Assembly (NCBI GenBank): GCA_964016885.1
Contig: OZ024743.1
Span: forward strand, 91,264,001 to 91,328,000
Reading direction: 5' to 3'
Length of the DNA stretch: 64,000 nucleotides
DNA from: Eledone cirrhosa
Taxonomy: Eukaryota
The position numbers were made by a program, and so were the translations under genes. Every line of letters begins with the position of its first letter. Positions within the stretch are counted from its first letter, which is position 1. The notes beneath the pieces were generated by a model. The model was not told where the DNA came from, searched no databases, and saw nothing but the letters and a program-made list of their open reading frames with translations. Positions 40,535 through 54,566 of the stretch are shown piece by piece.

Positions 40535-40895
40535 TCAACATTTTGATGTGTACCAATATAGTTACTGTCAACTTTTCAAAGTTACTAGCAAAAATATATT
40601 GATGTGTATGGTACCAATATAGTTACTGTCAACACTTCAAAGCTACTAAGTACCAATATATTGAAGTGTGTGGTACCAATATAGTAACTATCAACAATAT
40701 ATTGATGTGTTGATGAGTTGTAGTGCACCTGAGCACTGTACACAATCATTTTCATTATTATTATTTCATTATTTCATTTCAAAGCTGCTAAGCAACAACA
40801 TTTTGATGTGTGTGGTACCACTACAGTGGCTGTCAACATTTCAAAGTTACTAAGTTGCAATATATTGATGTGTGTGGTAGTACCACAGTGACTGT
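40535..40895. repeat. Degenerate ~58-bp tandem repeat interrupted by a CR1 tail
   Basis: TTGATGTGTGTGGTACCAATATAGTTACTGTCAAC..TTCAAAG unit, about 5 copies. Confidence 0.8.
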
Positions 40896-41243
40896 GTGGT
40901 CACACATCAGCACAGTCTTCAGAGACTGTATATTCTAAGTTATCTTTTTTTATCTAATTAAAAATGTATTATAATGAATTTTAAATGTTTTTGATTTAAT
41001 GTTAAACCCCATTAAACGTTCTAAGTAAACAAGATTTACACATTACTTTTAGTTTTCATGGGGTTCAGAACATTAAAATAAATCTTTTTCCTTTTTTTAT
41101 TTTGTTGAAAATTGATGAAAAAAGTTTTGAAAATCGTTTCAAATTGTTTTTTTACCTTCTTGTTGTTAACAGTTATCTCCCTTGAAAATATTTACAGCTA
41201 AGGATTACAAGATTGCTACGTTTTTTTCTTACAATATTTTAGA

Positions 41244-41921
41244 ACAGGAGTGAGCAAACTTTTTTCCCCAAGAGCCACATGGAACATCCATAACGTCCCT
41301 AATAGGCCACATCCGACAAACTGAATTTACTCAATTTTTTTGTGTCACAAAAAAACAAAAAAACATTTATTATCCACACAGCTGTGTAATTTGAAACAAA
41401 GTAATTGATGAAACTGAATGTAATATATTGCTTCTGAGGGCAGTAGATTGGCAGAATTAGTAGAGATTCGGGCAAATTGCGATTGCAGTAATTGTTTTGC
41501 TTCTTTACATTCTGAGTTCAAATCACACCAAGGTCAACTTTGCCTTTCTTCCTTCCAGGGTCAATAAAATAAAGTACCAGTTAAGTACTGGAGTTGATAT
41601 AATCAACTTTGCCTTTTTCCAAAAATTTGCTGGCCTTGTACCTACATTATAAATCAATATTATGTTGTTTCATAAATATTGTTGAGTAGTTACTCTAACT
41701 TTTAAGTAATCTCCTACAATCCTATACAAGTTTGGTGAAATTAGGATTCAGCATGCTTGTAGTTATCTGCAACATAGAGAGCAAATTCAAGTTTGTTAGA
41801 CACATTGTTCTATGTGAGAACTGTACAAATGAACATCACTGTGCAAAAACGTTTGTGGGCTGTACAAACAAATCTTGCTGATCATGTGACTCATTAGCTG
41901 TGGGTTTTCTCATCACCTGAT
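41244..41921. mobile_element. hAT-like MITE containing a SINE
   Basis: CAGGAGTGAGCAAAC...GTTTTCTCATCACCTG inverted ends. Confidence 0.5.
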
Positions 41922-43155
41922 CTAAAAAACATTTTTTTTCTTTTCATTTCCTATTCTCTAGAGTATGTTTGCCAACACTAAAATATGATAACAAGGATAA
42001 TATATACATATCTCAACTTTTGACTACAGTGTAACAGTGATGAGGTGGCAGGGTCATGAGAACATTGGATAAAATACATTGCAGCTTTTGTTCCAGTTCT
42101 CTGTACTCTGAGTTCAAATTGGCCATGGTCAACTTTGCCTTTCACCCTTTTGAGGTCGATAAATATAGTACCAGTTTAATTCTGGGGTCAATTCTTCCTC
42201 TATATTTCTTTTTCACTTCTCTGGAAGATTTTGGCTGTGTTCAGATTTGGAGAGGGATGGGCCCCTTCCAGGTTTAAAATGCCCAAGTCATGCTGTGTGT
42301 AATGACAGTGTCCCCATGACTCCACCAAGAGTCCAAGTCCCATAGCATGGCATGGCAATAGTGGCAATTAGAAAAAAATTTTTTTTAATCTTTTCTTCTG
42401 AATCAGTGAAGATGTTTGTTATATTTGTGCAAGTTATCTTTATTCTGCAGTTGCCTAAAATCTGAGTAAGGTTTGCTTTCATGTTGCCTTCCTTCATCTT
42501 TCTTTATTGCTTGGATGGCATTTTTTTTTTTTTTTACACACCAAAATATTAAAATTATACACATTTTTCTGCTGGAAATTTATATCTCTATGAAAAACTG
42601 CTGTAAATAACTGCCAGTTTAACCCTTACATTACCATATTTCTAATGAAAGATACTGCCTATGATTTTCAAATTATTTTGAAAACTTTCAAGAATTCGGG
42701 AGGATTTAGTAATATAACTGTCTCATTAAGTTGGTGTTTGGAACATAACTTTAAAATGGTTCTTACATAAAATGGAGCATTTATATAATAAATGACTATA
42801 CATAATTGAATGTCCACTATAACATGTACTAAGTTTCAATTAACTCTTCTAGGTTGTTTTTAGTATTCATTATAGTGACCATACAATTATGTACTGTCAT
42901 TTATTATATAACTGACTGTACATAAAATTATAATGGTAAGTCTTTAGATAAATGCAATCATTTTAAAATAAGCAGCTTAGTATCATAGAACCAGGGGCTG
43001 TTTCAGGCTGTTATGTATCAAAAGGGTTAACCCTTTTGTTACTATATATCTATTGAAAGACACTGCTTCTGTATGGTTTACCAATCATTTTGAAAATGTT
43101 CAAGAATTTGGATGGATTTATTCATATAACTAGTTTTTTCATTATTAACTTTTAA

Positions 43156-43253
43156 TATCATGACCACATTAGTATCAGACCACATTAGTATCATGACCAC
43201 ATTAGTATCAGACCACATTAGTATCAGACCACATTAGTATCAGACCACATTAG
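43156..43253. repeat. 16-17-bp tandem repeat (TATCAGACCACATTAG), about 6 copies
   Basis: Directly visible, inside a MITE. Confidence 0.95.
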
Positions 43254-43745
43254 CAATACATTGAAAAGTAAAAACCAGCACTTTGATATTAACAATGAAT
43301 GGCTATGCTCTAATACTGCAAACTTCCACAATGATCTGTCTTTTAGTAAAGATAAAATAAACATTTGAATTAAAAAACCCTCCCCCCATCCTTTTAGACA
43401 CTATCTTTCGAAATCATTACAGGTGATTAAGAGTTAAGCTGGTATTTGGAACATAACATACAGGTTCTCACATAAAATAAACAGCTTTGTAATGTAAAAT
43501 CAAGGGCAGCTTTTGGGGGTTTGGTATCAAGAGTTAAAACTATTTATATTAGATGGAGCCAGCATTATATAAGCAGTTTATTTAGACTCTGCCCTAATAA
43601 ACAAATACATTAGGGAGATAGATTTTTCAAAATCATATTTGAGAGAACCCTTTACTTGATAGAACTATATGCACATCACTATCCACTCCAATATATATAT
43701 AAGTGCATATATGTGTGTGTATATATGTGCATGTATATATGTGTA

Positions 43746-43782
<37 letters not shown>

Positions 43783-44041
43783 AAAAAATTAAACGAAATT
43801 TCATTTCTCACTCTTAGTACGGCTGTTACTTAAATATAAGTATGTATACGTACATACATATGTGTATACAGACGCACAGTAGTATGGATATATATACATA
43901 CATGCACACACATATATATGTATGTATGGATTCACCGAATATTTATTATAATGCTCGGTGTGTTTGTAAACAAACATCCCGAATTAAGCCGTACAGTGTT
44001 TAGCAACCATCGTTGCCTTTTTGTTCAACACTGACAAAGGA

Positions 44042-44084
44042 ACGATGGACGAGTTTCAAGCTTATTAGCTATCGTCAGCACCGT
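44042..44084 (-). ncRNA. Minimal type-I hammerhead ribozyme motif
   Basis: Minus strand ACGGUG-CUGACGA-uAGC-uaauaa-GCUu-GAAA-CucG-UC|CAUCGU: 6-bp stem I, complete core nucleotides, very short stem III. Confidence 0.6.
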
Positions 44085-44538
44085 ATACCATCCTGCCAGA
44101 TGATTGAACGTCTGAAAGTATATACTTTCCTCACCAACGGCTGAGCAGCCTAATTTGCATATCGAGTGACTTAATTGGCCAGGCGCACCGAAAACGATAA
44201 ATGGAAAAAATGAAACAAAATTTCATTTCTCACTCTTCTAGTACATCGTTCCTTTGTCAGTGTTGAACAAAAGGGCAACGATGGTTGCTAGACACTGTAC
44301 GGCTTAATTCGGGATGTTTGTTTACAAACACACCGAGCATTATAATAAATGTTCGGTGAAGAATCCATACGTACATATATATGTGTGTGCATGTATGTAT
44401 ATATATACATACTACTGTGCATCTGTATACATATATGTATGTACGTATACATATGTGTGTATGTATGTGTGTATGTGTATATATATATATATACACCAAA
44501 CCCATGCAAGCGTGGAAGATGGACGTTAAACGATGATG

Positions 44539-44569
<31 letters not shown>

Positions 44570-46970
44570 TCAATCAATAATACACCATGAAGGCTAGATT
44601 TCATAATTTCTTTTTGATTATGCAATGGCCATGTTACGTATTTCTGTGGTGAAATGGCTACATCATAGTATCATGATGCAATCCATTACATGCTGTCTCC
44701 AGATGGCACAATAGGCTATTGACATGTAATTCATATGCAAATCACTGCAATCTAGTGATACAGGGACAGACCTAAAGTTTGATGTTTTTAAATGGCCTGT
44801 CTTCATATGAATTTAAGATTCATGTTGGTCTTACTATAATGCATATATGTATGTAAATGTGTGTGCGTGTGGATATTATGAAAGCTCTTATTTTAAAGTG
44901 TTCATATTTGAACCTATGAAATATAATAACTTGTATATAGTAGTGCTCCAGCATGGCCACACCCAATTGGCTGGAGCAGGCAAAAGAGTGTAAGTTGAAA
45001 GATATTAAGAATAGTCTGGTGATAAATTGCACATTAATTTTGGTGCAGTAATGTTACTCAATAGAGTGCATAGCTCAGAGATCAGAGAGTCACTCAATGT
45101 AGAGCCGCTACTTCTCCGAATTGAGAGATCACAGCTTCGATACTATGGGCATGTGGTTGGAATGTCTCAAGAAAGAATCGCTGGACAGATTTTACGGACA
45201 AAGCCAACCGGCAGGAAACCCAGAGGTAGACTCTGAGCAAGATGGTTGGATAACATCCATGAGCTTGGCTGGTTTCACTTGGGGATACAGCCAGATCAGT
45301 TGGAGATGGTTGCTTCTGACAGGACTTGCTGGAAGGAGCTTTTGAGGATTCTGCCCCCATGACCCTCTCAGGAATATATGAATAGTAAATAGTCTTCTAT
45401 TTACTATTCATATCATGATTGTTTCACCACTCTTGTGAACAGTGGTCAATTTAGCAGAGTCATTAGAGTATTGGATATTTGTTCTGGGGTCTCTGTGTTC
45501 AGAGTTCAAATGAAAAGTCAACTTTACCTTTTATTCTTCCAGGGCTGCTAAAATAAATTACCAGTAACACACTAGGGTCGATTTAATTAACTTTCCCCTC
45601 TCCTCAAATTGCTGTTTTTGTTCCTAAATTAGAAATTATTCTTGTGAACAACAAAGACAAAGCTTAATTATTAGCTCATGGTTGATAAAACTAAATGTTA
45701 TAGATTTAAAACAAACAGCAAATTTGGTAATTTTCAAACAAACAAGCACAGGATGGTGTGGGCAAATAAGATAGTATGGACGATATAATATTAAATCACT
45801 CAATCAATTTCCCGTAACTGGTGCACCCAGTCATTGGGGTGCCACTCTAGATGTCCTGGAATGAAAACTGAGTCAGGTGAGAACCAGTGTACACATCCAT
45901 CTCTAAGTATGCCACTGCCAAACTTGAAGATATTTTCTCTACCTGATTGCCTCGGTTTCGAGACAATGTTTCTTCAAATTCTGGATAATGGTATGTCTGG
46001 TATTGCAATAATGTTTCTTCAAACCACTTCACACTATTTTTAAAGAAACATTAGATAATACTATGTCCAGTATTGAAATATTAACACTTTTATATTTAAA
46101 TTACACAGACAGTTATAGACAATTATAATGTATTATTAGTTAATTAAATATGTTAATTCTTTTCAATGTTATTTCAAAGGGACTAAAAGTTAACAATACT
46201 ACAGCTAGGGATTTAAATGCCATGTTTATGGTGTGAAAACAACAAATTAGGAAGCTTGGATGGGCTCTGAGGATTCTTTATGTTTGAACAACATGTAAGT
46301 AGTTATATCAAATGGCTAGAAATTGGCAGAATCATTAGAATATTGGGTTAAATTCTTCAGTATGTGTTCTGGCTTACCACGATCTGAGTTCAAGTCCAGT
46401 TAGGGTCGATTTTGCCTTTCAACCTTCTGAGTTCAATAAATAAAGTACCAGTCCAGGGGTAGTGGATTGGGGGAATTGTTAAAAAATCTGACTGGATGCT
46501 TTGCAGTTCTTGATCCAGTTCTATCCATTCTGAGTTCAAACCCCTGACACCTTTTCCCAGGAATCACAACTTGTAGACAACACCAGTAATAGAAACAGTT
46601 TCCTTGATCTGATGATTGGCCCTCTGTCTTTCTTTTAGACTTGCTAATATAAAATAATCAAATAAGTTACTTGAATTGCCCTTACAAAACTATTGTGGTT
46701 AGATTATCTAAGGAAAAGAAACTGCTGGACAGATTTTATAGGCAAAGCCAGCCAGATGTAGATCTAGAGGTAGACCACAAGCAAGATGGTTGGGTATCAT
46801 GCATGAGCTCAGTTGGTCTTGCTTGGGGATCCATCTGCATCAGTTGGAGATGGTTGCTTCTGATTGGACCCTCTGGAAGGTGTGTCTGAAGACTCTGCCG
46901 CCTTGGCTTTTCCAGGAATTTGTGGATGATGAAGAAGAAGAAAGCTATTGGGCAAATTGAAAATCTGAAA

Positions 46971-47111
46971 AATAGCTGACTAGAGATGCCTGTGGGAATT
47001 GTGCACCTGCTGTATGCTGAATGGCTGCAATAACTGACAAATAGCTGACTAGAGATGCCTGTGGGAATTGTGCACCTGCTGTATGCTGAAATGGCTGCAA
47101 TAACTGACAAA
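46971..47111. repeat. Near-exact ~70-bp tandem duplication
   Basis: AATAGCTGACTAGAGATGCCTGTGGGAATTGTGCACC...ATAACTGACAA occurs twice. Confidence 0.95.
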
Positions 47112-48965
47112 TGCTCACTTTGATTCATGTAGGCATTTCTGTTCAGCAGTTTCCCAGATTTTCAAATATATACAATATCTTCATAAACATATCAGTTTGT
47201 ATATTAGGGGAATCAATATCATTGTTTAACATCCACTTTCCATGCTAGCATGGGTTAGACGTGTTGTCCCATTTGAGGCAAGTTGAGCCAGGTGACTGTA
47301 TCCTACTCATACAGAACTGTTTATGGCAACATTTCTACAGATGGATGCCCTTCCTAATGCCAACCACATTTACAGTGTGGACTGGGTGCTTTTTGTCATG
47401 ATACCTACACGACCACTTTACAGTGTGAATTGGGTGCTCTTTGTCGTGACGCCTATACGACCACTTTATAGTGTGGGGAACGGATGTTAAATGATGATGG
47501 TATATATATTACTCACACGTAGTCGTTCATTTTACTGATTAATGTATGTGTGCACTCTGAGTCATAGGTTTGTATTTCCAATGTACAGACCTTGAAATAT
47601 TGAGTGAGTGACAACTGGTGCTGTAAAACAACACACACACACATGTTATTATAGATATTTCATGGGTTTAAATATTAACATAGACTATTTTCAATATCTT
47701 CCTTCTCTTTTACCTAATCCAATCAAGGAGCTGTGGCCATGCTGGGGCACCATTATATACAAGTTATTATAGATGTTCCATAGATTCAAATGTGAACATT
47801 TTAAAATTTGAGCTTTTGTATTTTAAAATTAGTTGTTTCAAGTGGGTTGGTAATGAAAAGGTTAAACTGGATCAACTGTGATTCTTCATGACAGGATAAA
47901 TATAATTCTTCTTTCATGATCAGCCCTAACCCTTTTGTTACCATATTTCTCGTGAAAGTATATTGATAAATTTGATTAGATAATTAACTTTATTAACCCT
48001 TTAGCATTTAAACTGGCCATATCCGGTCAGAATTCTCTCACCTCTTTCTGTAACTGGCTGCTCATACTTATGTTAAGGTATTGTTCTCAAAATAAACAAT
48101 ATCAAAATCTCATAGATTTGATATTATGTGAGATAATTATGTGAGATAAAGTGTTTACCATGAAAATACAGTAGTAAATATAAAGTAATGTAAATGCTAA
48201 AGAGTTAAGTTGGTATTTAGGAAAGTGGATTAGTAGTTTCAGTAGAGTGTTGGACAAAATGCTTTTGCAGTATTTAGTTATGATTTCTTTTTATGTTCTG
48301 AGTTCAAATCTCAACGAGGTCAACTTTGTTTTTCATCTTTCCAGGGTCAATAAAATAAAGTACTGGGGTGTGATATAACTGAATTTCCCCTTGCTCCAAA
48401 TTACTGGCCTTGTGTTAATGTGAGAAAGAATTAAGTTGGTATATGGAACATAAAGTTTCTTACATAAAATTATAGTGGAAGGTTTGTTTTTTTTAGATAA
48501 ATATAAACAGTTTGAAATAAATATCATAGAACATGGTGAAATTTCAGGCAGTTTGGTACCAAAAGGGTTAAGAATGCTTGTATTTTATGTTTTTCTTTTT
48601 TGGGGTTAAAATTCATTAAAAAAACCCAGGAGAAATGATGAAACTGAATATTGGTTTTGTTTTTATTTTTAATTCATTTCATACTCCCAAATAAAGGGTT
48701 AGTGTGTAGAACATGTTGGTATGTGGTTGACAATTTCATATATCCTTCTTATGCATCATCACTCTTTATATATATATATATACTGGTCTATACTCTTGCC
48801 AACATTTATCAACTGTCTAAACATTACTATTACCAATATACATACACCAACAGTGTATATATATATATATATATATGGTGGTGTTGGAGATAATGATAGT
48901 AGTAGTACTGATAACTGCTATTATCTCCAACACTATCAACCATCAATATACATATATATATATAT

Positions 48966-49037
48966 ATAGGGTGTCCTCCAAAAATGTATTCACATTTATT
49001 AGAATGCTGTTGACATGTGTATACATTGTTGGGACAC

Positions 49038-49042
<5 letters not shown>
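48966..49042. mobile_element. Very short Tc1/mariner-like MITE (essentially two TIRs)
   Basis: TAGGGTGTCCTCCAAAAATGTATTCACAT...ATGTGTATACATTGTTGGGACAC imperfect inverted pair. Confidence 0.55.
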
Positions 49043-49073
<31 letters not shown>

Positions 49074-50444
49074 CATAATCTCCATGCTTTGATTTCTAAA
49101 AACACAGATATCCCTCAGATATCTGCCCCCCCCCTCCTGCTGAGACTTTATTTTTTATTTTACTTTTTTGTTGCCAGAGTTTTAAATTTTTTGACTGCTT
49201 TGTTTTATAATTCATTATAGAGTGATTGATTTTCACAGAAACAATAAAGCCCTCAGCTAAAATGGCTTACAGCATTTAGTTTTGTAGTTACACATCCTAA
49301 GTCTCTCATCATGCTGTGGTTGATGTTTGCCTTTTCATTTGGCTCTGGCCAATAAAATATATTTCAGGAATTACAGGATGACATTAGTTTCAGTTGATTA
49401 TATACATGCAAGTGCATGGTTTACTGGTTAAGGCTTTGAGCTGACAATTGAAAGGACAGATTTCTGGACTGGACAGTGTGTTGTGTCTGAGCAAGACACT
49501 TTATTTCATGTTGCTCCAGTTCATTCAGCTGGAAAAAATGAGTTGCAATATCATAGGTACCAAGCTGTATCGGCCTTTGTCTTTCCCTTGGGCAACATCA
49601 ATGGTGTGGAGAGGGGTGACTGGTATATACGGGCAACTGCTGGTCTTCCACAAAAAAACAAAAAAACATTTTGCTCAGGCTTGTACTTTGGAGGGAAACT
49701 TTCTAGGTGCAAACCCATGGTTAATCATCACCAAAGGAAGCCTTTTCATACCTTTCTTTCAAGGTTTGGGATAATTTCTATTTAGGGGTATGTTTGGTGG
49801 AATTTTTGTCATGGGTTTTATGGAGCCATCATCACCATGGTTTTGTCAGGAGATGATTAACATAAATTATTACATTTTTTAATGTTGGTTTTTGGTATAG
49901 AAACATGGTGAATTGGTGACAATAAGGCATGTTCAGTTCTTGAGAGAGATATTTCATTTCACATTGCTTTTCATGATAGACTTGGGCCCCTATCATTAAA
50001 ATATCTAAGAAACCTCCTATGAAATGCAACCCCTTAGCAGCCCAGCTAAGCCTGCATAGGTGTGTGCTGTAAATTTCATTATATTTTAATTTCTTTCTTA
50101 TACCTATTCAAATGAAATTATAGCCAGCTCTATAGAACAGGTAGTGAGGTTCCCATTTGTTAGTCTCTATTCCTGCTGCTGCCTGATTAATAGCCAGGAT
50201 ATTCACTTCATTTATGCCATTGAGGAAAGCATGAACATCACACAATCTCATTCTTTATATATATATATATATATACATATATGTAAACAATCTATTTTAA
50301 GAACTGCTGAGCAGGTAGGAAGTTTTGAATATAAAGTTAGAGGCTTCAGCTTTTTTTACTATAAAAAATAGTCTGAGTTATTAACCCGTAGGGACGAAAA
50401 AATTCAAAGCTTCCTACCTGCTCAGTAGTTCTTAAAATAGATTC

Positions 50445-50476
<32 letters not shown>

Positions 50477-51021
50477 AAATAAGTATTGGAATGTCGAGTG
50501 AGTTGAAATGCTTAGAAAATGTAGAAAATCTCGAAACCAGGAAGATAGCTGTGAACACAGCTTAGAAAATTGTATTAAATACCCATAATTCCATCTATAG
50601 GTATATTTTATCTGATTTTCTAAGCTGTGTTCATAGCTATCTTCCTGTTTTCAAGATTTTCTACATTTTCCTAGCATATACATAGTGCTCGATCTGTTGG
50701 AAGAGAGCTTAATTAGTGTAATCAAAGTTTTGTACACTTAACATGTATGTGCTACCAATGGTTTCTGGTCCTGTCATGGCCATCACTATATAAGGAGGAG
50801 GCACTTTTAAACTGGTCCTTCATTCAGGCATTTGTACAAAAATTATACAGTGGTGGCCATGATTGGACCCCAAAACTATTGGTAATATATATTAAGTGTA
50901 TGAAACTTTGATTATACTAAATAAGCTCTCTTCCAACAGATTGAGCACTGTTTTCCTTGATCTTTCAATTACGGATTTCTACCAACGTATATCTATATAT
51001 TTATATACACACACCCACACC

Positions 51022-51069
<48 letters not shown>

Positions 51070-54000
51070 ATGTGTGTGTGTTTGTAGCATTGTGGTTTAA
51101 GTATGAAATCTTGTGTTCTTCTTGCATTCTACTTGTTTCAGCCTTTTGGCTGGGGCAACAACATAAAAAGGGAAGATCAAAAATTAGTCTCTGTAATTGC
51201 GCTGTTTTTCAATGTATCTTGAAAACATTTTCCCCTCTTCTCCCATTTTTTAAAAATGCAGTTTTCATTCTGTGAAAAAATTAAATATTTCTCTTTTCTT
51301 TTGTGTATATTACATTTTTCTTTTTGTCATATTAAATTCTGTGTTTTTTCTTTTTTAAATGAAACCATCCCTCTCCATTTAAAAACAAATTTCTGTACAA
51401 ATTAAATTTGCTGTTGATCAGCTGTTTGTAAACTAACAAAAAAAAAAGACAAAGACAATAACAAAATCTTTTCAGATCACACCAATCAGAAATCGACACT
51501 AAAAAACAGATATAGAAAACAGATAAACCTTTCCTTTCCACCTACCCAAAAGAGAAAACAAACTTAAATCCTCCCTACCCCTTTCTTCCAAAGCTGGTTT
51601 TTGGGAGAAGAAAAAATGGGAATTTCAGTTGAATTCATTTTATAATGTTTTTTTTTTTACGTTAAAAAAACTGTTTCAATTTTTCCAGTTCCAGTTTGGG
51701 AGAAAAAAAAAGATTTTTAAAGATGAAAATTTCAATTGAATTCAATAAAGAATTCAATATAGAAATTAAAAAAAAAAATGTTTCAGTTTGGTTTCGAATT
51801 TAACCAAACCATGTTTTTCTTTTTATAAGTTGAAATTTGACGAAGTTAATCTGTAAATTTAAACTTTGAACTAAAACTGAAAGTCAGGTGATAAAAAATA
51901 AATAAGAAAAAACTGAAATTTTGTTATCGATTTGAAATCGAACTTCAGTGATTTATTGAATTAAAAATTTATTTTGTTTTATTTATTTATTTTTCTTTTA
52001 CCTTCAGTGTTTCAGATTTACAACTTGCTAGAGATAGCACCCAAACCTCCCTCAATAATTTGATAATTATTTGTTAATTTTCTTTGTTCTTCTTAATTGC
52101 CATTTAGCCCTTTTGTTACCATATTTCTAATGAAAGATATTGCCTATGATGTTCAAATAATTTTGAAAATAAACTGGTGTACGGAACATAACTTAACAAA
52201 GTTTCTTACGTAAACTTATGATGAAAGTTTTTTTAAATGAATACAAACATTTGAAAATGAACCAGGAGCAATTTTCGGGCAGTTTTGGTATCAAAAGGAT
52301 TTAAAAAATAAAACAACACATAAATAGCAAACATTTTTTTCTGCTTTTAAATTTGAAATTCCAAACAAAACGAAATAAAATGAAATGAAACATTTTTTGG
52401 GGTGGGGAGTGCGGGTGAAGGAACTTTGTTATAATTTACCTTAAAGTTATTTTTTTTTTTTTTTTTTTTTAATAAGTAACTTCCGCCTGAATATTTTTTT
52501 TTCTTTGAGCACCAGTGCCTCACTTGATTAGATGTAGCTTTTGTTATTTGCTGATGATTCTTTATAGAATTTAAATTTAATACAACAACAAAAATAATAA
52601 CGGTATTAAAAAAATGATGAAAAGAAATAAAATATATATAAAAAAATGTTTATTAGAGATCCTTTTTTTTTTCCTTCTTTATTCGAAGTTTGTTCTATTT
52701 ATTTTTATTGTGGATTGGCAGTAGAATCAGTAGAGCGTTGGACAATATGCTTTGTGGCACATAGTTATGGCTCTTTACGTTCTGAGTTTAAATCCTGATG
52801 AGGTTAGCTTTGCCTTTCATCCTTACGGGGATCGATAAAATGAAGTACCAGTAACGTACTGAGGTCGATTTAATTGACTCAAAATTGTTGGCTTTGTGTC
52901 TAAATCAGAATTAAGGGCAGTGGATTGGCAGTATCGGTAGAGCGTCGGAAATCATACTTTGCAGCATAGAGTTACGGCCTTTTACGGTCCTAGTTCAAAT
53001 CCTGCTGAGGTTAGCTTTGCCTTTTATCCTTACAGGGTCAATAAATTAAAGTACCCGTAATGCACTGGGTCGATTTAGTCGACTTTCCCCATTTCTTCAA
53101 ATTGCTGACCTTGTGCCTAAAGTAGAAACAAAATAAAGTACCAGTAATACACTGGGATAATTGCTGGCCTTGTGCCAAAAGTAACAATTATTATTATGCT
53201 TTGACGCATAGAGTTACGGCCCTTGCCATTCTGAGTTCAAATCCCGCCGAGGTTAACTTTGCCTTTCATCCTTAGGGGTCGATAAAATATTTGTAATGCA
53301 GCATGACCGAATTCTTAATATAGTTACTTAGCAATCATTAAGTCTCGGGTTCGATCCCACTGCGAGACATCTTGGGCAAGTGTCATTTATGATAAATCTC
53401 GAGTCGATCTAAGCCTTATGAGTGAAATTCGGTAGATAGAAACTGTTTGAAAGCCCGTCAGATTGAATGTACTTGTAATTCAAAGAGCCCAGCCATGCCA
53501 CACTCTGTGTAACGCTGAATCGCCACGAGAACTACGTTAAGGGTACACCTGTCTATAGAATACTCAGTCATTTACACGTCAATATCGCTAGCAAGTGGTT
53601 CTATTATTGATCAAACAACTGGAACACTCATCGTCGAAACAGACGGAGACCCGACAACATTTCAGCTACGCCTACTCATATTATTCTCTAATTGTTTTGT
53701 TTCTGTTTTTCTCACTCTCTAATATAACCCGCCTTACTCTACTGTTATTGTTCTGCCTTCCACTATTCCTGCCACTCTCACCATATATATTTTATAGCCA
53801 CGTCTTATTGCTTCGCCTTCTCCTACTCTTTCTGTCACTCTCACTGTATCTCTTATAGCCACGCCTTCTTTTATTCCTTCTCCCACTGTTTCTGTTATGC
53901 TCACTGTATCTTGTATAACCCCGCCTTCTTCTACTTTAATTGCTACTTCTACTACTACTGTTACTCTCAACGATTGCCCCTCCCCCCACACTTTACTGTC

Positions 54001-54074
54001 ATTTAAAAAATATATTTTGCTCCGCCGTACACCATTACTAGTCGACTAGTCTCCCTTTCTCCACAGCGTTTATC

Positions 54075-54566
54075 TGTGTATGTGTGCGCGTGTGTGTGTT
54101 AGTGCGTATGTGTGAGTGAGTGTGTATGTGTGTATGTATGTATGTGTGTGAGTGAGTGTGTGTATATGTGCGTATGTGTGTGTATGTATGTGTGTGTGCA
54201 TGTGTGTATGTGTGTGTGTGTGTGAGTGTGTGTATGTGTATGTATGTATGTGTGTGTGAGTGAGTGTGTGTATATGTGTGTATGTATGTATGTGTGTGTG
54301 TGTATGTGTATGTATGTGTATGTATGTGTGTGTGTGAGTGAGTGTGTATGTGTGTGAGTGAGTGAGTGTGTGTATGTGTGTATGTATGTATGTGTGTGTG
54401 TGTGTATGCATGTATGTGTGTGTGTATGTATGTATGTATGAGTGAGTGAATGTGTATATGTGTGTATGTATGTGTGTGTGCATGTGTGTGTGTATGTATG
54501 TATGTATGTGTGTGTGCATGTGTGTGTGTATGTGTGTATGTGTGTGTGTGTGTATGTATGTATGTG
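54075..54566. repeat. Complex (GT/GTAT/GTGA)n microsatellite, resuming at 58768-58876
   Basis: Directly visible; flanks the R4-like element on both sides. Confidence 0.95.

Noticed and set aside
51070-52690. AT-rich unique stretch as a possible distal 3'UTR or second gene
   Set aside because: No coding signal or splice structure; cannot be supported without transcript data.
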